Source: Promethearchaeota archaeon
GTDB taxonomy: Archaea; Asgardarchaeota; Lokiarchaeia; Sigyniarchaeales; SOKP01
DNA: 64,000 bases
NCBI GenBank assembly: GCA_048938005.1
Contig: JBHLMQ010000001.1
Coordinates: forward strand, 152,925-216,924
Direction: 5' to 3'
Shown piece after piece: positions 50,901 through 60,227 of this stretch. The notes under the pieces were generated by a model. That model was not told the DNA's origin. It was given only the letters and a program-made list of their open reading frames with translations, and searched no databases. How positions within the stretch are numbered: position 1 is the first letter of the stretch; each line of letters opens with the position of its first letter. A program made the position numbers and the translations under genes.

Positions 50901-51267
50901 CTAACTCTTGTACAATAGAATCATCTGTTTCAGGAGATTCAATGCCGAATTCCTGCATTAATGTGTGTTTTGCTTCATTATCTAGGTGTTGAGATTTTTT
51001 CTCTTCTTTCACAGTATCAAGAATAGAAAATTTTTCTAAAAATAACTCTTGATCTAATGAAAATTTGACTTTTGAGTCTCCTCTTTTTAATTCTTTCCAT
51101 TGAAAACTTTCTATGGCATCTAATGCATTATCTACAAATTCGGCACAATATTGAACATGTTTCCAATAACCAAACTCAAAACCAACTAACTGCGTCCGCT
51201 TACGCATATACTCAGCGATGGTTCCTTGTTTAATTTTTCCTTCTTCTTTTGATGTAATATTAGACAC
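47908..51267 (-). CDS. top6B: DNA topoisomerase VI subunit B, greatly expanded
   Basis: EFVDNALDA, DNGTG, QTRGSQGFG, KPHP, RFVNRTP, FKSQSK. Confidence 0.92.
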   Translation of the reverse strand: MSNITSKEEGKIKQGTIAEYMRKRTQLVGFEFGYWKHVQYCAEFVDNALDAIESFQWKELKRGDSKVKFSLDQELFLEKFSILDTVKEEKKSQHLDNEAKHTLMQEFGIESPETDDSIVQELEVKEEESGEIINKEELEVEEEVKRIIDDMQEIIKPVELIIDVEPIVIVRIKEYEAPSFLTSEISQKNIMSYTFEIFDNGTGMSKIDLRKFGRYLASSKSMELKQTRGSQGFGAPSAFSDAQNTTGKPVITVSKSLDNVYATVTEFFTTSKNEKKYLIHPTDIDSPFLHGTYIKLNYLNVKYVRGYIEKYIEETAFMNPHVTIIYIDPEGKEKIYRRLATSFPDEPKYAKPHPSSVNIGDLQDLITKSENKSVSAFLQDNFVRMSSKTAKEIVDIAERDLQDRLNLLILKDCFVNLAQKKTDGIYCMRYEKRIFGRSDKPRDKLIIYQVESDNLKESYWNLISNYNKFNKDFEKINKEIKKLNNRIEKTETQKEIKNIERNIKKLLKNIDDIRNQKDRIKVDLNNLFKETKEGIIELKKLKNRTDFEDLVNKVQISKVKPIEITKEQFNSLFLAFKSIKYMAPPTDTAIPVGDSTLENTLIKEIGLRISENIDDFAGPIDNIYQISQLLYENKKRALLEEGIKNDDKAIANISIDPEEIINLGSEILGTIDIIDETMDPQQVKQSIDGLLIYSDIDSIDTYSDVFEYFIENYTKDDDFVSAETRAPTSGKGLAYVVEAVMAYSRNLEVPKRSRDVLSRFVNRTPKLRDSADCAITKAVQAVNWKNYNVDTYDNNLPKGPIKLLVNVSGPFVHLMFKSQSKNALADDEDLIKEIKFCLEAIGRRLRIYLNRKASLRKSEKRASLIEKYIPLFVKSLYNIASQGESIHKSKLDKKELEALMRNAIGKKPTPVAKPPEVREIKETVIKKEELIEEPSEIQQIMKKVEPPKEFFTEKTLKNWTKNELIEYCKEYDIALLSKDTKMVIIDKILEFYKKPVEIKPIELKPPEVIKVIPEIVPSTQAPLPISRVKAPIEAIPKETTLIQKPKPLKQKQTTLPIITTENILNVLSKEWQTIKHLIFKLKIKDMMDARYLQLKLKELERKGYVLVETKMGKRQWKLK

Positions 51268-51534
51268 ACTCGAATGATATTTTCTTCATTTATCCTTATT
51301 AAACCAAACTATAAATATATATTCATTTATTACCAAATTTATTGATAAAACTATAGGATAAGAGAGATATATCCTAGTTTATTAATTTTCAATTATCTAA
51401 GCAAACTTTACTTAATTATTCACTGTTTACAGTAAATAAATTAATATTTAAATATTTTCATCAGATTAATAAATTATAAAAAGAAATAAATGTATATCTA
51501 AAAATACTCTCAAAATGGTCTCTTTAATATAGAT

Positions 51535-52815
51535 TTATACGGTTTTTGTTTGATAAGCTTCGAGGGCAACATCAATAATTTTAGACGCAATATACCTCTT
51601 AGTATTTCTCTCAACATGAGTAATATGTTTCTTTTTGTCTATAATGAACACTTCGTTATATTTACTGCTAAATCCAATATCATCTCTGCCTATATCATTT
51701 GCTACAATTAAATCAATTTCAGATTTTAGGAGTCTATTATACGCACGTTCTATTAATTCGCTTTTAGAAACATTTGTTTCTGCTTTAAAAGCAATAATAA
51801 ATAAATTATAATCTTTTTTTCTTGCAACATCAATTATTTTTGGAGTTAACCTCATATTAACATGTAGTTCTTCTACATTATCAGATGATATTTTTCCCTC
51901 AATACAATCGACTGGTTTATAATCACTTACTGCTGCTGCGGAGATGAAAAAATCATAATTGTTATACGAGATTTCTTCTTTAACAGTTTTTATAAAATCA
52001 TCGGTAGAAACAACGTTTTTGGTGTTTATATAATCTGGAAGTTTTGCCATGCATTCTCCGGCAATTAATAATACTTCAGCTCCTCTAGCAGAAGTTTCTT
52101 TAGCTAATTCAATCCCCATTCTTCCTGATGACTTATTTGAGACAAATCGAACTGAATCTATGGCTTCTCTTGTTGGACCCGCGGTAATAAGTATTTTCTT
52201 TCCCTCTAAATCTTTCTTAGTAATTAATAAATCTATAACTCTGTCAATTATATCATCAATTCTTGCAATCTTAGCTTTACCTTCAGAAATTCTAGGACCT
52301 AGAATTTCAACTCCGCATTCACGCAATTTTAATTCATTTTTCTCCAAAATGGGATGTTTATACATACTCTCATGCATTGCAGGAATGATTACAATTGGTA
52401 TAGAAGATCCAAATGCTGTTGATGCTACAGTTGTAACAGGAGTATCATCAATTCCATTAGCTATTTTTGAAATAGTATTTGCAGTTGCTGGGCAAATTAA
52501 AATTAAATCCGCCTTTCCAACACTTCTAGGTCTATCCCCTGCTAAGTAAACATGTTCAACCGCACCAGTTAATTTAGTTATTACTTTATTTCCTGTTGCC
52601 CATTCCATTAATGAAGGATTGATTAATTCGGTAGCTGCTTTAGACATAACACATATCACCTCAGCTCCCAATCTCATAAGCTCTCTAGCTATAATTGGCG
52701 AAGAAATCACAGCTACTGAACCAGTTAGACACATACAAATTGTTTTTCCCCTGAGAATAGTCCCCTTACTTTCAACGATATCCTTTGATGGATGTTGAAA
52801 ATTATTTTTCTTCAT
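51535..52815 (-). CDS. coaBC: Bifunctional phosphopantothenoylcysteine decarboxylase/ligase
   Basis: TGSVA, PATANTISK, PAMH, TAGPTREAIDSVRFVSNKSSGRMG, AAVSDY. Confidence 0.95.
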   Translation of the reverse strand: MKKNNFQHPSKDIVESKGTILRGKTICMCLTGSVAVISSPIIARELMRLGAEVICVMSKAATELINPSLMEWATGNKVITKLTGAVEHVYLAGDRPRSVGKADLILICPATANTISKIANGIDDTPVTTVASTAFGSSIPIVIIPAMHESMYKHPILEKNELKLRECGVEILGPRISEGKAKIARIDDIIDRVIDLLITKKDLEGKKILITAGPTREAIDSVRFVSNKSSGRMGIELAKETSARGAEVLLIAGECMAKLPDYINTKNVVSTDDFIKTVKEEISYNNYDFFISAAAVSDYKPVDCIEGKISSDNVEELHVNMRLTPKIIDVARKKDYNLFIIAFKAETNVSKSELIERAYNRLLKSEIDLIVANDIGRDDIGFSSKYNEVFIIDKKKHITHVERNTKRYIASKIIDVALEAYQTKTV

Positions 52816-53071
52816 ATCCTAATAATTTTGTTTACTTATTATCAATTAAACTTTCAGATTCTATGTAAATAAAATTTATGCATAATAAAAAAACTATTGA
52901 TGAAAGATTATCTCCCGTATTAAAAATTCTAATTCAATTTTATAATTCAAAAGCTGCTGCTATTGAAATTTAATATTCTGATTAATTATTTTAATTCTAT
53001 TTTTAGCTATGATTTTAAATAAATTAATCAGAAAATTATTACAAGTTCTATAAAATAGAAATTGAAAAAAG

Positions 53072-54262
53072 ATGCAAAAAATTTGTGATTTGCATATCCA
53101 TAGCAAATTTTCAGGAGGAGCAAGCAAAAGAATCGATGTGTTTAAAATAGCTTCTAATTGTAATATGAAGGGGATAAATTTAGTTGGAACTGGTGATTGT
53201 CTTCATCCATTATGGATAAGTGAATTAATGAATAATTTAATTGAGTATTCAGATGGATTATTCTTTACTCCAGAAGTACCAGATGTCAATTTCATACTAC
53301 AAACAGAAGTTGAAGTAATTTGGAACAACAATTTTAGAATTAAAAAAGTCCATTTTATAATTCTTTTTCCAAATTTTGAAAAACTCGAGGAATCTATTAA
53401 ATTTTTATCTAAATATGGTAATTTAGCTACTGAAGGTAGACCCAAGATTTTTAATTCTGCAGAGAGACTTATTTTTGGTTTAAAATCAATTGATAGAGAT
53501 ATTGAAATAATCCCTGCTCATATATTCACTCCGTTTTTTGGCATATTTGGTGATAATACTCATTTTAATACTATGAAAGAGGCTTTAGGGGATGGAAGAA
53601 ATTATGTTAATTCTATTGAAACTGGATTAAGTGCAGATCCATTAATGGTTAGAAGTATTTCAGAATTAAATAAAGTGTCTATTATCTCTAGTTCAGATAG
53701 TCATTCTACAAATTTCCATAGATTAGGAAGAGAGGCAACAATTTTCAATCTTAATAAATTAAATTATCTAAGTTTGGTGGATTCAATTAGAAGAAATAAA
53801 ATTATCAAGACTTACGAGTTTAAACCATCACAGGGTAAATATTATTATGATGGACATAGACCAGAACGACATAATGATAATAAAGATTATTTTTGTAGCC
53901 CAAAACTTAATATTGATACTTGTCCTCATTGTAAAAAAAAATTAACTAAAGGTGTATTATCTCGAGTTCAAGAATTAAGTGATCAAATAAATCCTTTTAA
54001 ATTAAATTTTCAATATATTGTACCATTATTACAGTTAGTTTCTATTATATTAGGAGGATCTGAGTATGATCGAAGAAATATATCGATATATGAAAAGTTA
54101 ATTAAAGATAATGGCAATGAATATGCTATATGGGAAGGAAAAAGTAATTTTGAGGGGATTCCTGAAAAGTTAGTTGAAGCCATTAATAAAATTAGGAAAG
54201 GAAAATTCTGGTTCATACCAGGTCATGATGCTGTTTATGGGAAATTACAGTTTGAAAATTAG
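53072..54262 (+). CDS. Endonuclease Q family (PHP domain plus Zn finger)
   Basis: DLHIHSKFS, GTGD, PAHIFTP, ETGLSAD, SDSHS, RLGRE, GKYYYDGHR, PGHDAVYG. Confidence 0.88.
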   Translation: MQKICDLHIHSKFSGGASKRIDVFKIASNCNMKGINLVGTGDCLHPLWISELMNNLIEYSDGLFFTPEVPDVNFILQTEVEVIWNNNFRIKKVHFIILFPNFEKLEESIKFLSKYGNLATEGRPKIFNSAERLIFGLKSIDRDIEIIPAHIFTPFFGIFGDNTHFNTMKEALGDGRNYVNSIETGLSADPLMVRSISELNKVSIISSSDSHSTNFHRLGREATIFNLNKLNYLSLVDSIRRNKIIKTYEFKPSQGKYYYDGHRPERHNDNKDYFCSPKLNIDTCPHCKKKLTKGVLSRVQELSDQINPFKLNFQYIVPLLQLVSIILGGSEYDRRNISIYEKLIKDNGNEYAIWEGKSNFEGIPEKLVEAINKIRKGKFWFIPGHDAVYGKLQFEN

Positions 54263-54270
54263 ATCAATAA

Positions 54271-56625
54271 TTATGTACTTTTATTTATAATCTTGAATTC
54301 TAAGCTTAATTTTTTACCAAAATCATGAAATTTCTTAAATTTTTCAGGTTTAAGAATTAATCTGCCCTCTACTTCTAGAATCTCTAAAAATTTTTTACCA
54401 TAATATGTCTTATAAATTTCAGACATATCATAAAATACTTCATTTTTATCAGAAAATCTTAATATTCCCGCGGATTCAAATTCTTCTTTCCTAATATCAA
54501 GAATTTTATTAGAATATTTAAAAAATGGAGTATGTTGTAGTTTTTTCAAATCAAATATTATTGTACTTCCAACCTCACATTTATTTAATATCTTTTTTAT
54601 AATAGAATGGATTTCATTTAAAAATCTTGACTTAAATTCTTTTAAATTAATATCTGGATAAAGAGATCTTTTTAATATATCAGAATATGGTAGATCTAAT
54701 CCAGCTAATTCATTATTTAAATTCAGCAAAGTTAAAATTTGATAAGTATTAGGTTCAATGCTAGGTTTTAACTCCTCAAAAATGTAATCTCTTTCTTTAA
54801 AAATGTAATTCAATAAAAATTCATTAAAAGCTTTGATAAAAGCATTATATTTTGGTACGAATAATCTATTTGGGTTATTAACCACTATTTCATTAGCATG
54901 AAATGGATCAATTTCCCTATTTAATACTGCTTTTACTAGTGACAATGGATAATACCCCTCTACAAATTCCATTCCTTTAGAAATGCTTTTAATAGCATCC
55001 TTGAATGAACATTTTCTTATTATGTTGATAGTTTTAATAATATTACTTTCAATTTTTACTGGTGTTTTTTTGCAGTAACACAGATCAAAAGGTTTTAAAT
55101 CATGAAATAATAAATTATTATAATCAGGAATTATTATTTGAGAGCTATAAGCGTTAACTATACTTCCTTGAATTGGCTTATTTGCTAAATCCCATTCAAT
55201 AATAATTACATCCTCTGAATATTTATGGTCAATATCATAGCTATATTCTATGCTTTCACCTGATAAAGACAACCCATCAATCGATTTTATTTCGTAATCT
55301 TCCATTTCTTCCCAGAACTGTTGTCTATAATAAAAAACATCCTGAAAACTACTTAAATCATCTAAAAATAACTCTTTCATTATAAAATAATTTATACCAA
55401 TTTCAGATGATTTAATTGTTTGTTCATTTAAACCAAAAAATCCAATACGAGAAATAATATAATTATAAACTGGATTTTTTAAATTTTCTTCGTTATGTTT
55501 CACAAAATAAGTATTTCTTTTTTTTCTGAACTCCCCTTTAGCTCTTTTTATATTATATTTTTCAATTAATAATTTTAAAAACGCAAATTTTTTGAGGTAG
55601 ACTTTTTTCTCCAATTCTTGGATTTCTTTTTTATATCTCTTGTATTTAGTCTGAAATTTTTGTTTTGGAATATCTATAGTTTTAAATTGTTTTTTCAATA
55701 ATTTTAATTTGTCAATTATACAGAAATTATCAATTTCAGAGTAAAAGTATTGTAATAACTTGTTTTTTAAAGAGTTTAACTTATCTTGAGAAATAATTTC
55801 CTTAAAAGCAGGATTTAACTTGATTAATTTTTCATAATTTTTTTTTATTAGATAAATTGAAAAATAATTGCTTTTAAAATCAAAACTATTTACTAATGTT
55901 TTTAATTTATTAAAATTTAATGCGACAAATGAAATATCTTTGAATTCTATCATTTTATCGATCGATTCTATGATTCTAAGAAGGTCGAAAAAAGAATATT
56001 CCGGTATTGTATTTAAAAACTTTTTAAATCCTTTTTCTATATAATTATTAAATTTTAAAAAGTAATTTTCTAATTCATTATCGTACCCGTTTTTTAAGAA
56101 TTCAAAGAATTCAATAAATAAATTATTATTAATTGCTGTATCTAAGTAAGTCTCAATGATGGCTTCACTTTCGAATTGATTAATTATTGCCTTATTTAAA
56201 TAATTCAAAGCCTCAACACAATTATTATTATCAAAACAATGATTAGCCAATAGTAAGAAATTTTTACTTTTTTTATGTGAACCAATATCTTCCGATGTTA
56301 AATTAAAACTTTCATAATTTTCTAAGATACTATGAGCAATATTACTTTTAATAACTAATAATAGTTTAATTAAATGAACGCATACTTTTTTCTCTCTTTC
56401 AGAATGAATTAGAAATGATGGACAATCATGAAAGATTTCATTATTTATTTCATCTACAATAAGATGAAATTCACGTTCATTATCTAAAACAATACTTCTT
56501 ACTTTTATTGGATCCTCTTCGATACTAATAATATTAATTTTATTGGAAAGAAATTTAAGCGATTTTTGATATATATTTAATCCAAATTTATCAATTATCA
56601 GACTAGATATCGATTTTTTTACCAT
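54271..56625 (-). CDS. SWIM-like zinc-finger protein with a large helical region
   Basis: HDCPSF...VCVHLIKLLL (HxC-xn-CxH variant of SWIM) followed by a TPR-like helix pair. Confidence 0.7.
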   Translation of the reverse strand: MVKKSISSLIIDKFGLNIYQKSLKFLSNKINIISIEEDPIKVRSIVLDNEREFHLIVDEINNEIFHDCPSFLIHSEREKKVCVHLIKLLLVIKSNIAHSILENYESFNLTSEDIGSHKKSKNFLLLANHCFDNNNCVEALNYLNKAIINQFESEAIIETYLDTAINNNLFIEFFEFLKNGYDNELENYFLKFNNYIEKGFKKFLNTIPEYSFFDLLRIIESIDKMIEFKDISFVALNFNKLKTLVNSFDFKSNYFSIYLIKKNYEKLIKLNPAFKEIISQDKLNSLKNKLLQYFYSEIDNFCIIDKLKLLKKQFKTIDIPKQKFQTKYKRYKKEIQELEKKVYLKKFAFLKLLIEKYNIKRAKGEFRKKRNTYFVKHNEENLKNPVYNYIISRIGFFGLNEQTIKSSEIGINYFIMKELFLDDLSSFQDVFYYRQQFWEEMEDYEIKSIDGLSLSGESIEYSYDIDHKYSEDVIIIEWDLANKPIQGSIVNAYSSQIIIPDYNNLLFHDLKPFDLCYCKKTPVKIESNIIKTINIIRKCSFKDAIKSISKGMEFVEGYYPLSLVKAVLNREIDPFHANEIVVNNPNRLFVPKYNAFIKAFNEFLLNYIFKERDYIFEELKPSIEPNTYQILTLLNLNNELAGLDLPYSDILKRSLYPDINLKEFKSRFLNEIHSIIKKILNKCEVGSTIIFDLKKLQHTPFFKYSNKILDIRKEEFESAGILRFSDKNEVFYDMSEIYKTYYGKKFLEILEVEGRLILKPEKFKKFHDFGKKLSLEFKIINKST

Positions 56626-56629
56626 TTTT

Positions 56630-59119
56630 TTAGAATCTTGACTTAATTATTTCTGAGATTAATTTAGGAAATTCATTCCAATCTTTTATTGTAAGTAATT
56701 GTCCTCCAGCCATCTTTACCATTTTTTTTGCTTCTTTTAAATTGTATGAAGCTTCTGGACAAACTAAGATAAAATCAACTCCCAATGAACGCAATTTTCT
56801 AAATTCATGTAGAGCTTCCTTGATATCAAATATTTCTGCATCTGTAAATAAGATATTTAATTTTTCACGTGAATTAGAATAATCCTTAAATTGTTTATTT
56901 GCCCACTCAATAGCACTCTGTATTCTTGTACCACCTCGAGCAGTAACGGAAAGTAGCTCATCAGCCAATTTTTCTAAATCAATTTTCTGATTAATTTCTT
57001 TTAAAACGTGTGTATTAGACTCAAAAAACGTAATACCAAGCTCATCCTTACGCATCCCGTAACACAACATTGTCACACAGATACTCATATAAGCAAGTTT
57101 ATCTCCAGTCATACTACCTGAGATATCAAGTTCAAAACAAGCAGTTCGAATTCCTTTTGCGGTTTCAAAAACAAAAAAGTCGTCATATTTTATATGATCT
57201 AATTTTTTACCTTTCTCTAAGATATTGTATATAGTTTCCTCAAGATCGATGTTTTCAAAATCATCTCCTATTGAATATGGTCTTACGATATTAATCGGGA
57301 TTGGCCCTGTTGTAGAACTCCCTAAACGTGCTCGTGAATAATAAATGCCTAATTCAATTAACATTTTTTTTGCTAATTCTTTTACTTTTTGTTTTGTTGT
57401 TTCCGGTAAATCCTTGCGATGAATAAACCATTGTTTAAGTAGATTTTCTCCACTACCTGCAGATAAACAGGAGATCATCTTATTTTCACCTTCTTGACCT
57501 CCGATTTGTTGAGCACTTTTTAAGGCATCGCTCAAATTAAAATTTCCTAGAGCTCCAAGGGCATCCCTATTATCAGAAGCTAATGCACTTGCTGTTAATT
57601 CTTTTAATCTCTCAAAATTTAACTGATCTCTAATTTGATTCATTAAATTACTCAATCTTTGAAAATCTGCTTTTTTATTCTCTACTAATTTTTTAAGTAG
57701 TTGATAAGTTGGTTCAATTAATTCAAAGATTTCATCTTCAGGCATTTGAAGCTTCTTTCCAATCTTTTTTATAACTTCTGACTCGGGATCTAATCCTATT
57801 TTTCTTAAAAATTCGGTTGCATTTCTAAGTTGATAAGGAGTTTCACAAGATTCTAAAGTTAAAGATGTGAGATCTGGAATATTCTGTGCCATTTTTTGAC
57901 TACAATGTATATTTGGTGAACTATTAGCTAGTTGTTGTAATTGATGAGTTAAGGTTTTAAAAGCTTCGTATTTTTTACTTTGATTCATTGCCTCGTTAAT
58001 AGCATTTTTAAGTGCCTGATTAAATAATGAATTCCACGATTTATTTGTAAATGCAGTTTTCGTTAAAGTTTCTAGCGAAAGATTCATTTGAGAATTTTTG
58101 TTCTGTCTTTCAAATTTATCTAATAATGAAGATCTTAGATCTGTGCCAAAAAATTGGTCAAGTGAATTCGCTAGATTGAAATTATGTTCAAATGAAGATT
58201 GTTTCATGCTGTTGTTTAAAATTTTATCTGGATTAAAATTGGGAGTTTCTCCTAAGTGTTTTGCTGACTGAAATAATTGATCTAAATTGTCAATTTTATT
58301 TTGAAGTTCTTTTTTTAGATTCTCTAATTGATCTTTTGAAATGGCATTAGTTTCCTTTAAAAATTTCATAGATTGAAGTAAATCTTCTAAACTCCCTGAC
58401 TTTAATACATTATTTAAATCATCTTCAATATTTTGATTATTGAGAGCTTTATTTGTAATCTTTTCCCATTCTCTTAAAGATTGTTTTTGAATTAAATCAT
58501 TTAACCCTAATTTAGTACCTGCTTTAAGGTCCTTAGGATCTAAGGAGTTAATTTTCTGAAGCATTCTTTTTTTTGCTTCTTCAAATAATTTCTCAAATGA
58601 TGTTATTTCTTCTTTATATAACTCAGAATCGTCATTAAAGAAATTGAGTGCTGATTTATAAGGTTCTTCATTCCTCTTTTGATTTAATTCTTCCATAAAT
58701 TCTTCCAATTGCCGAATCATGTCTGTATCAAACGATTTTGACAATTCAATCTCATCTATTAGATCCTGTAACTGATCTAATTCTGATTTTATATGCGAAT
58801 TTATTAACTCATCTTCAAAAGTTTCAACCTCACTCTCAACAAAGAATGATTTCATTAAGTCTTTCTTGTAATTTGGAAATAGAATCTCAAAAGCAATATC
58901 TTTCGCTAAATTTTGGTTATCTGGAAATGAGGTAACAGTGCTAATTTCAATAAAATCATTTGGAGTAATGGATCCTTTACGATAATACCTTGATACAATT
59001 AAATTTGGTATTGACAATACTTGTCGTGGAGATGGTATTTGAATTATATCTGGATGATTTCTCATCCTTCTAATAAACTCCACAGCAAATTCACAAGGAT
59101 TTTCCGGAAAAACTCCCAA
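56630..59119 (-). CDS. VWA-domain protein (CoxE/ViaA-like C-terminus) with an N-terminal AAA lid-like segment
   Basis: IDLEETI, intact MIDAS (DISGS, GGT, FTD); TTG start. Confidence 0.88.
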   Translation of the reverse strand: MGVFPENPCEFAVEFIRRMRNHPDIIQIPSPRQVLSIPNLIVSRYYRKGSITPNDFIEISTVTSFPDNQNLAKDIAFEILFPNYKKDLMKSFFVESEVETFEDELINSHIKSELDQLQDLIDEIELSKSFDTDMIRQLEEFMEELNQKRNEEPYKSALNFFNDDSELYKEEITSFEKLFEEAKKRMLQKINSLDPKDLKAGTKLGLNDLIQKQSLREWEKITNKALNNQNIEDDLNNVLKSGSLEDLLQSMKFLKETNAISKDQLENLKKELQNKIDNLDQLFQSAKHLGETPNFNPDKILNNSMKQSSFEHNFNLANSLDQFFGTDLRSSLLDKFERQNKNSQMNLSLETLTKTAFTNKSWNSLFNQALKNAINEAMNQSKKYEAFKTLTHQLQQLANSSPNIHCSQKMAQNIPDLTSLTLESCETPYQLRNATEFLRKIGLDPESEVIKKIGKKLQMPEDEIFELIEPTYQLLKKLVENKKADFQRLSNLMNQIRDQLNFERLKELTASALASDNRDALGALGNFNLSDALKSAQQIGGQEGENKMISCLSAGSGENLLKQWFIHRKDLPETTKQKVKELAKKMLIELGIYYSRARLGSSTTGPIPINIVRPYSIGDDFENIDLEETIYNILEKGKKLDHIKYDDFFVFETAKGIRTACFELDISGSMTGDKLAYMSICVTMLCYGMRKDELGITFFESNTHVLKEINQKIDLEKLADELLSVTARGGTRIQSAIEWANKQFKDYSNSREKLNILFTDAEIFDIKEALHEFRKLRSLGVDFILVCPEASYNLKEAKKMVKMAGGQLLTIKDWNEFPKLISEIIKSRF

Positions 59120-59124
59120 TAATT

Positions 59125-60066
59125 TTATCCTCCTAATGTCTTACTAATTATATTTTCTATAATATTTTCAACTTTTACTCCTGGTTTAGGTTTTAAACTT
59201 CCCAGTAAAACGTAACGGGCAATATCTGAGAGATAAACATATATAGATTCTTTTTCTTTCACTTTTTTTTCTTTCTCTAGTAGTCTTTTTCTTGCTAACA
59301 ATTTAGCAATAGCAATTCCGGCTCTTATAGATGCAGGAATCTCAATATCGATTTTATTTTGTCTGGTTTCTTTAATAATTGAATATATTAATTCTAATTC
59401 AGATTCTTCAATAATGAAATGCTCGGGTAGATTAATTCTTATAATATCTAATTCGGTAGATTTATCAGGGTAAGTTAATTTGATCCAAACCTTTATTCTA
59501 TCTTTTAAAGCTTCAGACAAGCGATGTGTACCAGATAATTCTTCAGGATTCATTGCACATATAAAGAAAAAATCTTTATTTGCTTTTATTCTCCCTAGAT
59601 GAGGAATTCCAATAGAAGCTTCTTCTAAAGGCTCCAGTAAAGTGTTTTGAGAATACTCTGTAGCCCTATTAATTTCATTAGCTAAAAAAGTTCCTCCTTC
59701 TAGCATAGCATTTAACAATGGCCCGGGATTAAAAGCTTCCAATACAAATCCTTTTTTTAATGTAATTGCTGGGTCAAAGGACCCAATAAAATGAGAAGGC
59801 TTGATACTCTCATCCATAGTTAACCAATAAAAACTTTTATTTCGATTTTCTTTCGCTCTCAAACTAGCAAAATATCGACATAAAATAGTTTTTCCAACAC
59901 CGGGGGGTCCAACTAGAGCAGGAAACAACCCCGTTGATTCCGCATCTCTTAATAATTCTAAAGCTTTACCATATTGACCCGAAAGAACAATATCAATCTG
60001 TTCTTCAGAAATATCTTTTATAACATGCTGGCTGAATAACTCTTCAAATCTTTGTTTATTTATCAT
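59125..60066 (-). CDS. MoxR-superfamily AAA+ ATPase (CoxD/CbbQ-like clade)
   Basis: GPPGVGKT, PGPL, FLANEINRA, QNTLL, AMNP, LSEALKDR, SIRAG. Confidence 0.9.
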   Translation of the reverse strand: MINKQRFEELFSQHVIKDISEEQIDIVLSGQYGKALELLRDAESTGLFPALVGPPGVGKTILCRYFASLRAKENRNKSFYWLTMDESIKPSHFIGSFDPAITLKKGFVLEAFNPGPLLNAMLEGGTFLANEINRATEYSQNTLLEPLEEASIGIPHLGRIKANKDFFFICAMNPEELSGTHRLSEALKDRIKVWIKLTYPDKSTELDIIRINLPEHFIIEESELELIYSIIKETRQNKIDIEIPASIRAGIAIAKLLARKRLLEKEKKVKEKESIYVYLSDIARYVLLGSLKPKPGVKVENIIENIISKTLGG

Positions 60067-60227
60067 GCTTAAATCTCTAATGCATTTTGAATAAATTAAC
60101 GATTTTCTTACATGAATATTAAGTGTTTGTTAATATTAAACTTTAAAGTTAATAATTAAAAGATATTATATTTTCTTAACCAATTTAATTGAATTTTATA
60201 TAATTTCGAAGATAAATTTACCTTAAT

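Noticed and set aside
47908-51267. Inteins as the explanation for Top6B size (MCM also checked)
   Set aside because: No intein splice motifs (N-terminal C/S block, HN followed by C/S/T) or LAGLIDADG blocks were seen, and MCM is normal length.
51346-51381. Imperfect hairpin upstream of top6B
   Set aside because: Short and AT-rich; cannot be distinguished from chance or a simple terminator.
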